Assembly (NCBI GenBank): GCA_038042445.1 | Contig: JBBTED010000050.1 | Coordinates: 1-34,694, forward strand | Reading direction: 5' to 3' | DNA length: 34,694 nucleotides | Source: Candidatus Firestoneibacteriota bacterium | GTDB taxonomy: Bacteria > Oederibacteriota > D2-FULL-39-29 > JBBTED01 | In this document: one piece after another, positions 18,457 to 26,529 of the stretch | How the letters are laid out: every line of letters starts with the position of its first letter | How positions within the stretch are numbered: position 1 is the first letter of the stretch | The notes under the pieces: generated by a model | What the model was told of the DNA's origin: nothing | Database searches by the model: none | Seen by the model: the letters and a program-made list of their open reading frames with translations, nothing else | Program-made: the position numbers and the translations under genes

Positions 18457-19357
18457 TAGATAAATTCCCTATAATTATTTTGTATAAACATTGAAATGTT
18501 TTTTCAGGTTCTAATGACAATATTCCTTCTTTTGTTTTTAAGTCAGCATCTTGACCTTTTGTGGAAGGAAGCCCATACCAGGGTTCTATACAAACATACG
18601 GAGCATTCGGCATTGTCCAGATGCCCAAATAAGGAAATCCTGCAAACATAACACTAACATTTTTTTTACATTTCTTACTCTTTAAAGTAATTTTATTTGA
18701 TTTTAATTTTTTTAAAATTATAGCTGATTTTTCAAAAAGTTTAGCTGACAATTTTATTTCTTTTTCATTATTTAAAAAACTCTCTTCTCCGTTTGTCATA
18801 AGACAAAGACCACCGTCAAGCAAAAGCCGATTAACAGTTTCATTATGTTCAAATATCAATGAATAATCATCAAAGCTTTCATTTTTATCCAGCGGACAAT
18901 TAAAACCTGGATGTGCACCAATAGAAAACCATATCATTTTATTATCAACATTTTTAACTTCAAAACTAACTGCAAGTTCTTTTTTTTCTAATTTATATTT
19001 AATCCCCAATTCAAACTTATAAGGATATTTTTTAAGTGTTTCACTATTGCTACACAATTTATAAGTCAGTGAATTATTTAATTTCTCTGTTAAAATGAAT
19101 TCAGAATTCATTGCAAAACCATGTATCCCTAACTCATATTCTTTATCATCTATTTTGTATTTATTATTCTCAACCCTTCCTACAATAGGGAATAAAATTG
19201 GAGATTGCCCAGTCCAATATTTAACATCACCCTGCCACAAATACTCACAATTATCAGAAATAGTTTTTAAACTCGTCAATTCAGCACCCAAACTCTTCAC
19301 TTTAATTTCCAAACTTTCATTTCTTATTGTTACAAAATCTTCATTTATCTGTTTCAT
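18437..19357 (-). CDS. Aldose 1-epimerase family protein (LacX-like)
   Basis: GAELTSL, EYLWQGD, SPILFPIVG, HGFA, GAHPGF, VCIEPWYG. Confidence 0.92.
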   Translation of the reverse strand: MKQINEDFVTIRNESLEIKVKSLGAELTSLKTISDNCEYLWQGDVKYWTGQSPILFPIVGRVENNKYKIDDKEYELGIHGFAMNSEFILTEKLNNSLTYKLCSNSETLKKYPYKFELGIKYKLEKKELAVSFEVKNVDNKMIWFSIGAHPGFNCPLDKNESFDDYSLIFEHNETVNRLLLDGGLCLMTNGEESFLNNEKEIKLSAKLFEKSAIILKKLKSNKITLKSKKCKKNVSVMFAGFPYLGIWTMPNAPYVCIEPWYGLPSTKGQDADLKTKEGILSLEPEKTFQCLYKIIIGNLSNDNADE

Positions 19358-19370
19358 TTTATCCCCCTTT

Positions 19371-19439
19371 AATTTTGCATTTTACACTTTTAAATATTTG
19401 AGATCCTTCGCTTTCGCTCAGGATGACCCTACGGGTCAT
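19371..19439. repeat. Degenerate 7-bp tandem repeats plus a family A palindromic element
   Basis: TTTTGCA TTTTACA CTTTTAA, then GAGATCCTTCGCTTTCGCTCAGGATGACCCTACGGGTCAT (19400-19439). Confidence 0.85.
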
Positions 19440-19444
19440 TTTTA

Positions 19445-20164
19445 TTACAGCCATCCACTTTCCCTTGCACTAGAATATCCTTTACTTCCAATAATAATAT
19501 GGTCATGAACTGATATATTAATTGAAGTAACTGCTTTTCTTAAATTTTCAGTTAATTTACGGTCTGCATCCGACGGAGTTGGATCACCACTTGGATGATT
19601 ATGAACAAATATTAAAGCAGTAGCATTATGTTTTAAAGCATTTTTAACTAATTCACGTGGATAAACTGCTGATTGATCCACAGTTCCCTCATAAAGAATT
19701 TCATCATCAATAATTTCATTTCTTGAGCTCAAATATATCACCTGAAATTTTTCTTTCTTCGCACCGGAAAGTGCATAATTGCAATAATTAAGCACATCTT
19801 TAACAGAACTTAAAATATTTTTCTTTTTAATCTGCTCTTTCAAATAAACACTTGCACTTTCTTTCACAAACTTAATAAATACAGCAGTATATTTTCCAAT
19901 ACCATCAGTTGCAACAAGTTCATTTAAATCAGCATCAAATATCCCTCTAATTCCGCCAAATTTATCAATAAGAGCCTTTGCTATTGGCTTTACATTTTTT
20001 CTTGCAATTGTAAAAGTCAAAAGCAATTCTATAATTTCATAGTCATTAAAAGCATTAATACCAGCCCTCATAAATTTTTTTCTTAACCTTTCCCTATGCC
20101 CTTTTGTAGTTTCCTGATTACTATAACCAACCATATTTTTTATACCAACTAACAGTCCTTTCAA
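19445..20164 (-). CDS. radC: RadC/JAB-domain protein
   Basis: GHRERLR, YEIIELLL, HhH (DGIG), GTVDQSAVYPRE, HNHPSGDPTPSDAD, HDHIIIG; start may be ATG 20134. Confidence 0.93.
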   Translation of the reverse strand: MKGLLVGIKNMVGYSNQETTKGHRERLRKKFMRAGINAFNDYEIIELLLTFTIARKNVKPIAKALIDKFGGIRGIFDADLNELVATDGIGKYTAVFIKFVKESASVYLKEQIKKKNILSSVKDVLNYCNYALSGAKKEKFQVIYLSSRNEIIDDEILYEGTVDQSAVYPRELVKNALKHNATALIFVHNHPSGDPTPSDADRKLTENLRKAVTSINISVHDHIIIGSKGYSSARESGWL

Positions 20165-21125
20165 TGCCTTCTTTAATTGAATATTGTGTATGAAATTTTA
20201 ATTCATTTTTTGCTTTGGAAACATCACATATCCAACATCTTTGCAACATTTCTTTTGCTTTATCTCTGTTAAAAATTGGAGATTTATTACTTAATTTACC
20301 TGTAAGCTCACTAATTAGAGCAGCCATTTTTGTAATTGTAGAAGGCATTTTAATCTCAAATGCATGGACATTTAAAACTTTGCTTATTTCATCTAAAAAT
20401 TCACATAATTTATATGGCTTTTCATCAGCCATAAAATAAATCTTCCCTGTAGAAATATCGCTTTCAGCTGCAATGATTATACCACGTACAAGATCATCTA
20501 TATAAATTACGTTTACTGTAGTATCACATATTATTGGCTTAATTCTACGTTTAACAGCCTTAAAAAAGAAAAACATATCTTCATCTCTTGGACCATAAAC
20601 TGATGGAGGACGAATAATTACTACAGGAATATGTGGCATATATTTTTTTAGTGTTTCTTCCCCTTTAAGCTTGCTTTTACCATAATATGAAATTGGGTTA
20701 CAAAATGAATCTTCATTTACTGGTTTATCATCACAATTTGGTCCAACTGCTGCCTGACTACTTAAAAACACAAATTTTTTTATATTCTTTCCATATTTTG
20801 AACATGCATCAATTAAATTCAAAGTTCCCTTATAATTTATATCGTAATATGTTTTTTCATATTTAGCAGTTTTAACTGCAGCAATATGAAAAATGTAGTT
20901 CACACCCTCAATAGCAGCTGGTAACGTTTCAGGAAATATAATATCACCTTGTACAAAATCAAGATTTAGATGTTTAAGCCACCTTAAATTACTGGTTTTT
21001 CTTGTTAAACATCTTACTTTATAGCCTTTATTTAATAATTCCTGAGCTAAATGACTACCTACAAAACCCGTAGCACCTGTAATCAAAACGGCTTTATCCC
21101 TTGACATAACTACAAACATTATCAT
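20121..21125 (-). CDS. Extended SDR (NAD-dependent epimerase/dehydratase); candidate ceramide/3-keto-sphinganine reductase
   Basis: ITGATGFVG, FLSSQAA, YGKSK (YxxxK), RPPSVYGPRD; likely start ATG 21107; divergent from spt. Confidence 0.85.
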   Translation of the reverse strand: MIMFVVMSRDKAVLITGATGFVGSHLAQELLNKGYKVRCLTRKTSNLRWLKHLNLDFVQGDIIFPETLPAAIEGVNYIFHIAAVKTAKYEKTYYDINYKGTLNLIDACSKYGKNIKKFVFLSSQAAVGPNCDDKPVNEDSFCNPISYYGKSKLKGEETLKKYMPHIPVVIIRPPSVYGPRDEDMFFFFKAVKRRIKPIICDTTVNVIYIDDLVRGIIIAAESDISTGKIYFMADEKPYKLCEFLDEISKVLNVHAFEIKMPSTITKMAALISELTGKLSNKSPIFNRDKAKEMLQRCWICDVSKAKNELKFHTQYSIKEGIERTVSWYKKYGWL

Positions 21126-21130
21126 ATAAT
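21101..21130 (+). promoter_or_regulatory. Consensus sigma70 promoter for spt
   Basis: TTGACA (21101-21106)-N18-TATAAT (21125-21130). Confidence 0.75.
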
Positions 21131-21153
21131 ACTGGCACTTTCAATAACAAATT

Positions 21154-21203
21154 CAGACCATAGACTATAGACTTCTAATAACTACAGTCTGTAGTCTGTT
21201 TTT
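21154..21203 (+). promoter_or_regulatory. Heptamer-derived hairpin with U-tract in the spt leader (attenuator-like)
   Basis: CAGACCA TAGACTA TAGACT...AGTCTGTAGTCTG TTTTT: a 13-bp stem (2 G-U) followed by T5 and then the RBS AGGGAGGT. Confidence 0.55.
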
Positions 21204-21219
21204 AGGGAGGTAAATATAA

Positions 21220-22566
21220 ATGGAAAGTACAGATTTTAAAGAAAAAACCAATCAGTTAAAACAAAAAACCAAAGAAGTATCAAATATCATTAAGCTAAAA
21301 ATGATGAAAGCTATTGAATGGGGCAAACGTGACACAGAAAAAAACTCATCTGTTATAAGCACACCAAAAACATTAGAAGAAACTGTTGATTTATTTGATA
21401 AATGCAAAAATTTCAATGTAGCCAAAAAAGTTATGGCAGCAGGTGTATATCCCTATTTTAGGGCAATAGAATCAGGACAAGACACTGAAGTGGTATATAA
21501 AGGCAAAAAACTTATAATGATTGGCTCAAATAATTATTTAGGTTTGACATCTCATCCAAAAGTAAAAGAAGCTGCAATTGAAGCCATAAAAAAATATGGC
21601 TCTGGTTGCACAGGTTCCAGATTTTTAAATGGAACATTAGATATACATGAAGAACTTGAAAAAAGATTGGCAAAATTTATGAATAAAGAAGCAGCACTTT
21701 TATATTCTACAGGATTTCAGACAAATCTTGGTGCAATTTCTGCATTGGCTGGTAAAGACGACATAATAATATGTGACAGAGCAAATCATGCAAGTATTTT
21801 TGATGGATGCAGACTGTCATTTGGAAAAACTATTAAATTTAAGCATAATGATATGGAAGATTTAGAAAGAATACTAACAAATATTAAAAATGACAAAGGA
21901 AAACTAATAGTAGTAGATGGAGTATTTAGTATGGAAGGAGATTTATGCAATCTTCCTGAAATAGTAAAATTAAGCAAAAAATATAACACCAGAATAATGG
22001 TAGATGATGCACATTCAATGGGTGTATTTGGAAAAAATGGCAGAGGCACTGCAGAACACTTTGACGTGGAAAATGATGTAGATGTTATTATGGGCACATT
22101 CAGCAAATCATTTGCATCTATTGGAGGATTTGTAGCTGCAAACGAAGAAGTTATACATTATTTAAAACACCATTCACGTGCTCTTATTTTTTCAGCAAGT
22201 ATGCCACCTGCTGCTGTTGCTACTGTTCTTGCTGCATTAGATATAATTGAATCTGAACCTGAGCGAAGAGAAAAACTATGGAAAATAACTAAAAAAATGG
22301 TTAAAGGATTTACAGATTTAGGTTATAATCTTGGCACTACTGAATCACCTATAATACCAATACTCATAGGTGACGATATGCAAACATTTAAATTGGGAAA
22401 ACTTCTTGAAGATGAAGGGGTTTTTGTCAATCCAGTAGTAAGCCCTGCTGTTCCACCAGGATATGCATTAATTCGCACAAGTTATACAGCCACACACACA
22501 GAAGAAGAAATGGATTTTGTATTGGAAAAATTCAAGAAGATCGGGAAACAACTCGGAATAATTTAA
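21220..22566 (+). CDS. spt: PLP-dependent alpha-oxoamine synthase, most like bacterial serine palmitoyltransferase
   Basis: GVYPYFRAIES, MIGSNNYLGLT, GSRFLNGTLDIH, STGFQTNLG, NHASI, DGVFSMEGD, VDDAH, GTFSKSFASIGG, SRALIFSASMPP; strong RBS; about 55-aa N-terminal extension. Confidence 0.8.
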   Translation: MESTDFKEKTNQLKQKTKEVSNIIKLKMMKAIEWGKRDTEKNSSVISTPKTLEETVDLFDKCKNFNVAKKVMAAGVYPYFRAIESGQDTEVVYKGKKLIMIGSNNYLGLTSHPKVKEAAIEAIKKYGSGCTGSRFLNGTLDIHEELEKRLAKFMNKEAALLYSTGFQTNLGAISALAGKDDIIICDRANHASIFDGCRLSFGKTIKFKHNDMEDLERILTNIKNDKGKLIVVDGVFSMEGDLCNLPEIVKLSKKYNTRIMVDDAHSMGVFGKNGRGTAEHFDVENDVDVIMGTFSKSFASIGGFVAANEEVIHYLKHHSRALIFSASMPPAAVATVLAALDIIESEPERREKLWKITKKMVKGFTDLGYNLGTTESPIIPILIGDDMQTFKLGKLLEDEGVFVNPVVSPAVPPGYALIRTSYTATHTEEEMDFVLEKFKKIGKQLGII

Positions 22567-23389
22567 TTGATATCCCTGCTAAAACTACCCCTGATATCAC
22601 ATCTATAACATAGTGATATCTTAAATACACAGTTGAAAAAATCATTGCTATAACAATAGGTAATAATATATAAAATATCTTCCGTTCATATTTATAGCTA
22701 AAATACAAAACCACCAATGGAACTGCAGTATGCCCGCTTGGAAAAACATCTCTATGAATACCTTCCAAATTAGACAATCCATCTCTAATTAAAGATGTAA
22801 AAAAAATACCTGTCAAAGGAAATGATTGCAAATGATTTAATGTATAACGTGGACCTATAGCAGGAAAAATTATGTATAATATATAATTAAAATAAAAGGC
22901 ACATAATATACTGGAAAGCACTCTATGAAATTCAGTATGTTTCCCTTTTGACAATAGTATTACTCCAAAAAATATTGGCAGAAAAAAATAGGTGCAATAT
23001 ATTATTTGCAAAATTTCGGTAAGTATTGGAAATGTAATTTTTTCAAGCCATACAGTTGGATTAACACCGAATATAAAATAGTCCAATTTTATAAGCGTAT
23101 TATCTATATCCTGCGGATTAATATATTGTATAACCTTTCCAAGCACAAAAAATGAAATAAGCAATACAGCAATAGAATACCAGTGTCTTACCGAATTCAG
23201 GATTGGATCTTTATGGTCACAAGAAATTAATCTGACTAATGAAACCATTACAGTTATTGCCAAAGTAATAGATAAATATATTTCGAAATTTGGAATTTTA
23301 AAACGAAACAAAAATATCAGCCACGCTATTATAAGCTGATAAATAATAGTTATGATTTCTTCGTTGATTTTAGAATTTGAATTTTGCAT
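22532..23389 (-). CDS. PAP2-family integral membrane phosphotransferase/phosphatase, Aur1/IPC-synthase-like
   Basis: Multiple TM helices; FPAIGPR, DVFPSGHTA, STVYLRYHYVIDVISG; the ORF-track start (23419) lies inside the HU terminator, so ATG 23389 is preferred. Confidence 0.85.
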   Translation of the reverse strand: MQNSNSKINEEIITIIYQLIIAWLIFLFRFKIPNFEIYLSITLAITVMVSLVRLISCDHKDPILNSVRHWYSIAVLLISFFVLGKVIQYINPQDIDNTLIKLDYFIFGVNPTVWLEKITFPILTEILQIIYCTYFFLPIFFGVILLSKGKHTEFHRVLSSILCAFYFNYILYIIFPAIGPRYTLNHLQSFPLTGIFFTSLIRDGLSNLEGIHRDVFPSGHTAVPLVVLYFSYKYERKIFYILLPIVIAMIFSTVYLRYHYVIDVISGVVLAGISIKLFRVVSRSS

Positions 23390-23393
23390 TTTC

Positions 23394-23441
23394 AAAAAAG
23401 ATAAGCAGTCCTGTACCATATGATACAGGACTGCTTATCTT
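23394..23441 (-). terminator. Rho-independent terminator of the HU gene
   Basis: AAGATAAGCAGTCCTGTA-N8-TACAGGACTGCTTATCTT perfect stem, with a T-run on the minus strand. Confidence 0.85.
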
Positions 23442-23462
23442 ATAACTTCAAACAAATTTAAA

Positions 23463-23735
23463 TTATAATATGCTGTCTTTCAATACCTTAGCAACTCTAA
23501 ATCTTATTACTTTTTTTGCAGGAATATTTATTGATTCTCCTGTTTTTGGATTCCGACCTACTCTTGCTGGTCTGTCTTTCACTCTTAAAATACCCAATCC
23601 TGCAATAGCAACTTTCTGACCTGCTTTCAAGTCATCTGTAATTGCCTGCACAAGTGCATCTAAAGCTCTTCCTGCATCTGCTTTTGTAGTCTTTGCTGCA
23701 TCTGCCATCTTCTGCACTAATTCTGTTTTTGTCAT
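23463..23735 (-). CDS. hup: DNA-binding protein HU
   Basis: MTKTELV, GRNPKTGESINIPA; RBS AGGAGG. Confidence 0.95.
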   Translation of the reverse strand: MTKTELVQKMADAAKTTKADAGRALDALVQAITDDLKAGQKVAIAGLGILRVKDRPARVGRNPKTGESINIPAKKVIRFRVAKVLKDSIL

Positions 23736-23846
23736 TTCTTCCCTCCTTTTATTCTCAAAAAGTCATAGTTTCATCTAAGCTTTTTGAGTAATTAAATTTT
23801 TCTATTGTTTTTACTATACAAATTGTTCTATTTCCTATCAATATAT

Positions 23847-23875
23847 AATTTATATACAAAAATTAAAAAAGTCAA
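23847..23875 (-). promoter_or_regulatory. Putative sigma70 promoter for HU
   Basis: TTGACT-N17-TAAATT. Confidence 0.45.
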
Positions 23876-23901
23876 GCATTTTCCTGCACTTTTTACTACT
23901 A

Positions 23902-24918
23902 TTACTTCTTTTCATCCTTATTTAGAAAACTAAATTTTTGTTTAATACTCTCTTCTATTTCATTAGAAATTTCAGGACGATCTTTTAAAAATGCTTTTAC
24001 ATTATCTCTGCCCTGTCCTATACGTTCTCCTTTATATGAAAACCATGCACCACTTCTTTCAACGATATTCTGTGTAATTGCAACATCTAATATATCACTC
24101 TCTTTAGAAATTCCCTGACCAAAAAATATATCGAATTCTGCATCTTTAAATGGCGGTGCAACCTTATTTTTAACAACTCTGACTCTTATATGATTACCTA
24201 TAGTCTCAGTTCCTGTTTTTATGGATTCAATTCTTCTCATATCAAGTCTGACTGATGAATAAAATTTTAATGCTCTACCACCAGGAGTTGTTTCAGGACT
24301 TCCAAACATAACACCAATTTTTTCACGTAACTGATTTATAAATACAACACAGCTCTTTGATTTACTTATAACTGCAGTTAATTTCCGCAATGCCTGAGAC
24401 ATAAGCCTTGCCTGAAGCCCCATATGTGAATCACCCATTTCACCTTCTATTTCCGCTTTTGGCACTAATGCAGCAACTGAATCTATAACTACTATATCAA
24501 TAGCACCACTTCTAACAAGAGTTTCACATATTTCTAATCCCTGCTCACCTGTATCAGGCTGAGAAACAAGAAGTGCATCAACATCAACACCAAGTTTTTT
24601 AGCATATTCAGAATCCATTGCATGTTCTGCATCTATAAATGCTGCAACTCCGCCTGCTTTTTGTGCAGAAGCAATTATATGTAATGCTAATGTGGTTTTA
24701 CCACAGGATTCAGGACCAAATATTTCTATAACTCTGCCACGTGGAACACCACCAATACCAATTGCAATATCCAATGCAAAAGAACCTGTAGATATTGCAT
24801 TTGCATCACTAATTTTTGGAGCCTCGCCAAGCCTCATTATAGAACCTTTACCGAATTGTTTTTCTATCTGTGATAACGCTAAATCTATAGCCTTAACTTT
24901 TTCTTTATCCACTGCCAC
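23902..24918 (-). CDS. recA: Recombinase A
   Basis: [62 protein letters not shown]. Confidence 0.99.
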   Translation of the reverse strand: MAVDKEKVKAIDLALSQIEKQFGKGSIMRLGEAPKISDANAISTGSFALDIAIGIGGVPRGRVIEIFGPESCGKTTLALHIIASAQKAGGVAAFIDAEHAMDSEYAKKLGVDVDALLVSQPDTGEQGLEICETLVRSGAIDIVVIDSVAALVPKAEIEGEMGDSHMGLQARLMSQALRKLTAVISKSKSCVVFINQLREKIGVMFGSPETTPGGRALKFYSSVRLDMRRIESIKTGTETIGNHIRVRVVKNKVAPPFKDAEFDIFFGQGISKESDILDVAITQNIVERSGAWFSYKGERIGQGRDNVKAFLKDRPEISNEIEESIKQKFSFLNKDEKK

Positions 24919-24983
24919 TTTATTCCCCTTTCTTTATTGAATATTAATTTGGATTAATCTCCAATCCACAATTATCTATTTAT

Positions 24984-25011
24984 ATTGTATATTACTGATA
25001 TATTTTGTCAA
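24984..25011 (-). promoter_or_regulatory. Putative sigma70 promoter for recA
   Basis: TTGACA-N16-TACAAT. Confidence 0.55.
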
Positions 25012-25018
25012 CATATTT

Positions 25019-26317
25019 TCAAATCCAAAAACAGAAATTTTGTGAAGGTATTATCTTTTTATCATTATACAATTCAGGAATAAACATTGCATAATAATGT
25101 GGAAAAAATACCACTTTCTTGTTTTTATATCTTATAATATCTTTTATATCATTATTTAATACTACGGCCATTTCAGTCTCAGGATATTTATCTATAAAAT
25201 TTTTTATTCCTGATGGCACCTCACGACCAAATATTTTTGATTTAACCTCAATTGGAATGGGTATTCTATCCTGAACCAAAATAAAATCTACTTCAAACTT
25301 TTCTCGTGTTCTCCAATAATATATTTCCTGAGATATTTTAATGTTTTTCTGTATTTCATGCAAAACAAAGGATTCTTGTAAAACACCTTTGTCCCGCCTA
25401 TTATTTAAGTCACTAAAATCACTTAAAATAGCATTTCGTATTCCACTATCAAAATAATATATCTTGTTTGTTTGTTTTAATTCTCTACTATGATTTGTAA
25501 AAAATGGCTTTAATACATCCAGTATAAACATTTGGCTTAAAATAGCGATGTCTTTTCTTACTTGACGCAAAGAATAATTTAGTGTTTGCGAAATACTGTT
25601 TTCACTTAGAAGTCCTCCCTCTTGTCCTGCCAATAAATTTATTAATCTATTAAAAGAAAGAATATCCTCTTCTCTTAACAAAGCTTTAATATCTTTTTGA
25701 ATATATGTAGAAACTAAATCAATAAGAAGTCTTTTCCTGTTTTCTTTATTTCTTTCATGAACAAGTCCAGGCATCCCGCCATAAATAATATATTCATTAA
25801 GATATTTCTTAAAAATATTATGTGATTGTGTACTAACATTAGAATGAATATCTTTTGGTAATTTAATATTTGATTTTTTGCTCGGCAACCACTCAGAAAA
25901 AGATAAGGAATACACTCTATAAACAAGTCTGCGTCCAGCAAGACTTTCTTTTAAATGTTTATGCATTTCAATTGCCGAAGATCCAGAAGCATATATTTTT
26001 ATACCTTTAAAACTATCGTAAACTGATTTAAATAATTTAGTGGCATTTGGCAAATAATGAAATTCATCTATTAAAACCACTTTATTTTTGTTTGATATAT
26101 CAGTTAAAATATCTTGAGTACTTCTTCCAAAATAATTTGCATCTGCAGGAGTTTCAAGATTAAAATATTTATACTTTATCTTTTGCTTTTTGCAATATGT
26201 TTCCACTTCTTTAAGAAGTGTTGTTTTTCCTACTTGACGCGGACCTACAATAATCCCAATTTCTTTACGACGCAATTCATAAATAATCTTATTACATAAA
26301 ATACGTTTTAAATTCAT
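25019..26317 (-). CDS. AAA+ ATPase (AAA_14) with DUF4143 / PD-(D/E)xK-like C-terminus
   Basis: GPRQVGKTT, LIDEFH, ASGSS, ESLAGR, YGGMPG, KIYYFDSG, YYWRT...EVDF...PIEVK. Confidence 0.92.
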   Translation of the reverse strand: MNLKRILCNKIIYELRRKEIGIIVGPRQVGKTTLLKEVETYCKKQKIKYKYFNLETPADANYFGRSTQDILTDISNKNKVVLIDEFHYLPNATKLFKSVYDSFKGIKIYASGSSAIEMHKHLKESLAGRRLVYRVYSLSFSEWLPSKKSNIKLPKDIHSNVSTQSHNIFKKYLNEYIIYGGMPGLVHERNKENRKRLLIDLVSTYIQKDIKALLREEDILSFNRLINLLAGQEGGLLSENSISQTLNYSLRQVRKDIAILSQMFILDVLKPFFTNHSRELKQTNKIYYFDSGIRNAILSDFSDLNNRRDKGVLQESFVLHEIQKNIKISQEIYYWRTREKFEVDFILVQDRIPIPIEVKSKIFGREVPSGIKNFIDKYPETEMAVVLNNDIKDIIRYKNKKVVFFPHYYAMFIPELYNDKKIIPSQNFCFWI

Positions 26318-26323
26318 AACGAC

Positions 26324-26352
26324 ATTCTATACGATACCGTATAATTTGTCAA
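26324..26352 (-). promoter_or_regulatory. sigma70 promoter predicting a leaderless mRNA, with an operator-like palindrome
   Basis: TTGACA-N17-TAGAAT-N6-ATG; TATACG-N4-CGTATA at 26328-26343. Confidence 0.7.
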
Positions 26353-26529
26353 AATATTTTTCCTGTTGTTGTGTGAATTTAAAAATTTGCATACTACATC
26401 AATTCCTAAAAACTATGATTGAAAGAATTTCACCTATGCGAATGACAGAAAAAACCAAACACCTCCTCATTTTCGATTTGAACAACAATATTTATAGAAA
26501 ATATTGTTGTAATATGCGATAATATTTTT

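Noticed and set aside
19445..20164. radC as a marker of a mobile or defence element
   Set aside because: Full-length HhH plus JAB chromosomal type, overlapping a housekeeping neighbour, with no mobile genes nearby.
20121..21125. Annotation as galE completing the Leloir pathway
   Set aside because: It lacks typical GalE signatures (GGAGYIGSH, LRYFN).
21220..22566. Annotation as bioF or kbl
   Set aside because: No biotin genes nearby and no tdh adjacent; motifs and neighbours fit Spt better, although only a phylogeny can exclude it.
26395..26470. Minus-strand AGGAGG and a roughly 23-codon ORF between the ATPase and the first DUF2723 gene
   Set aside because: No recognisable motif or other support.
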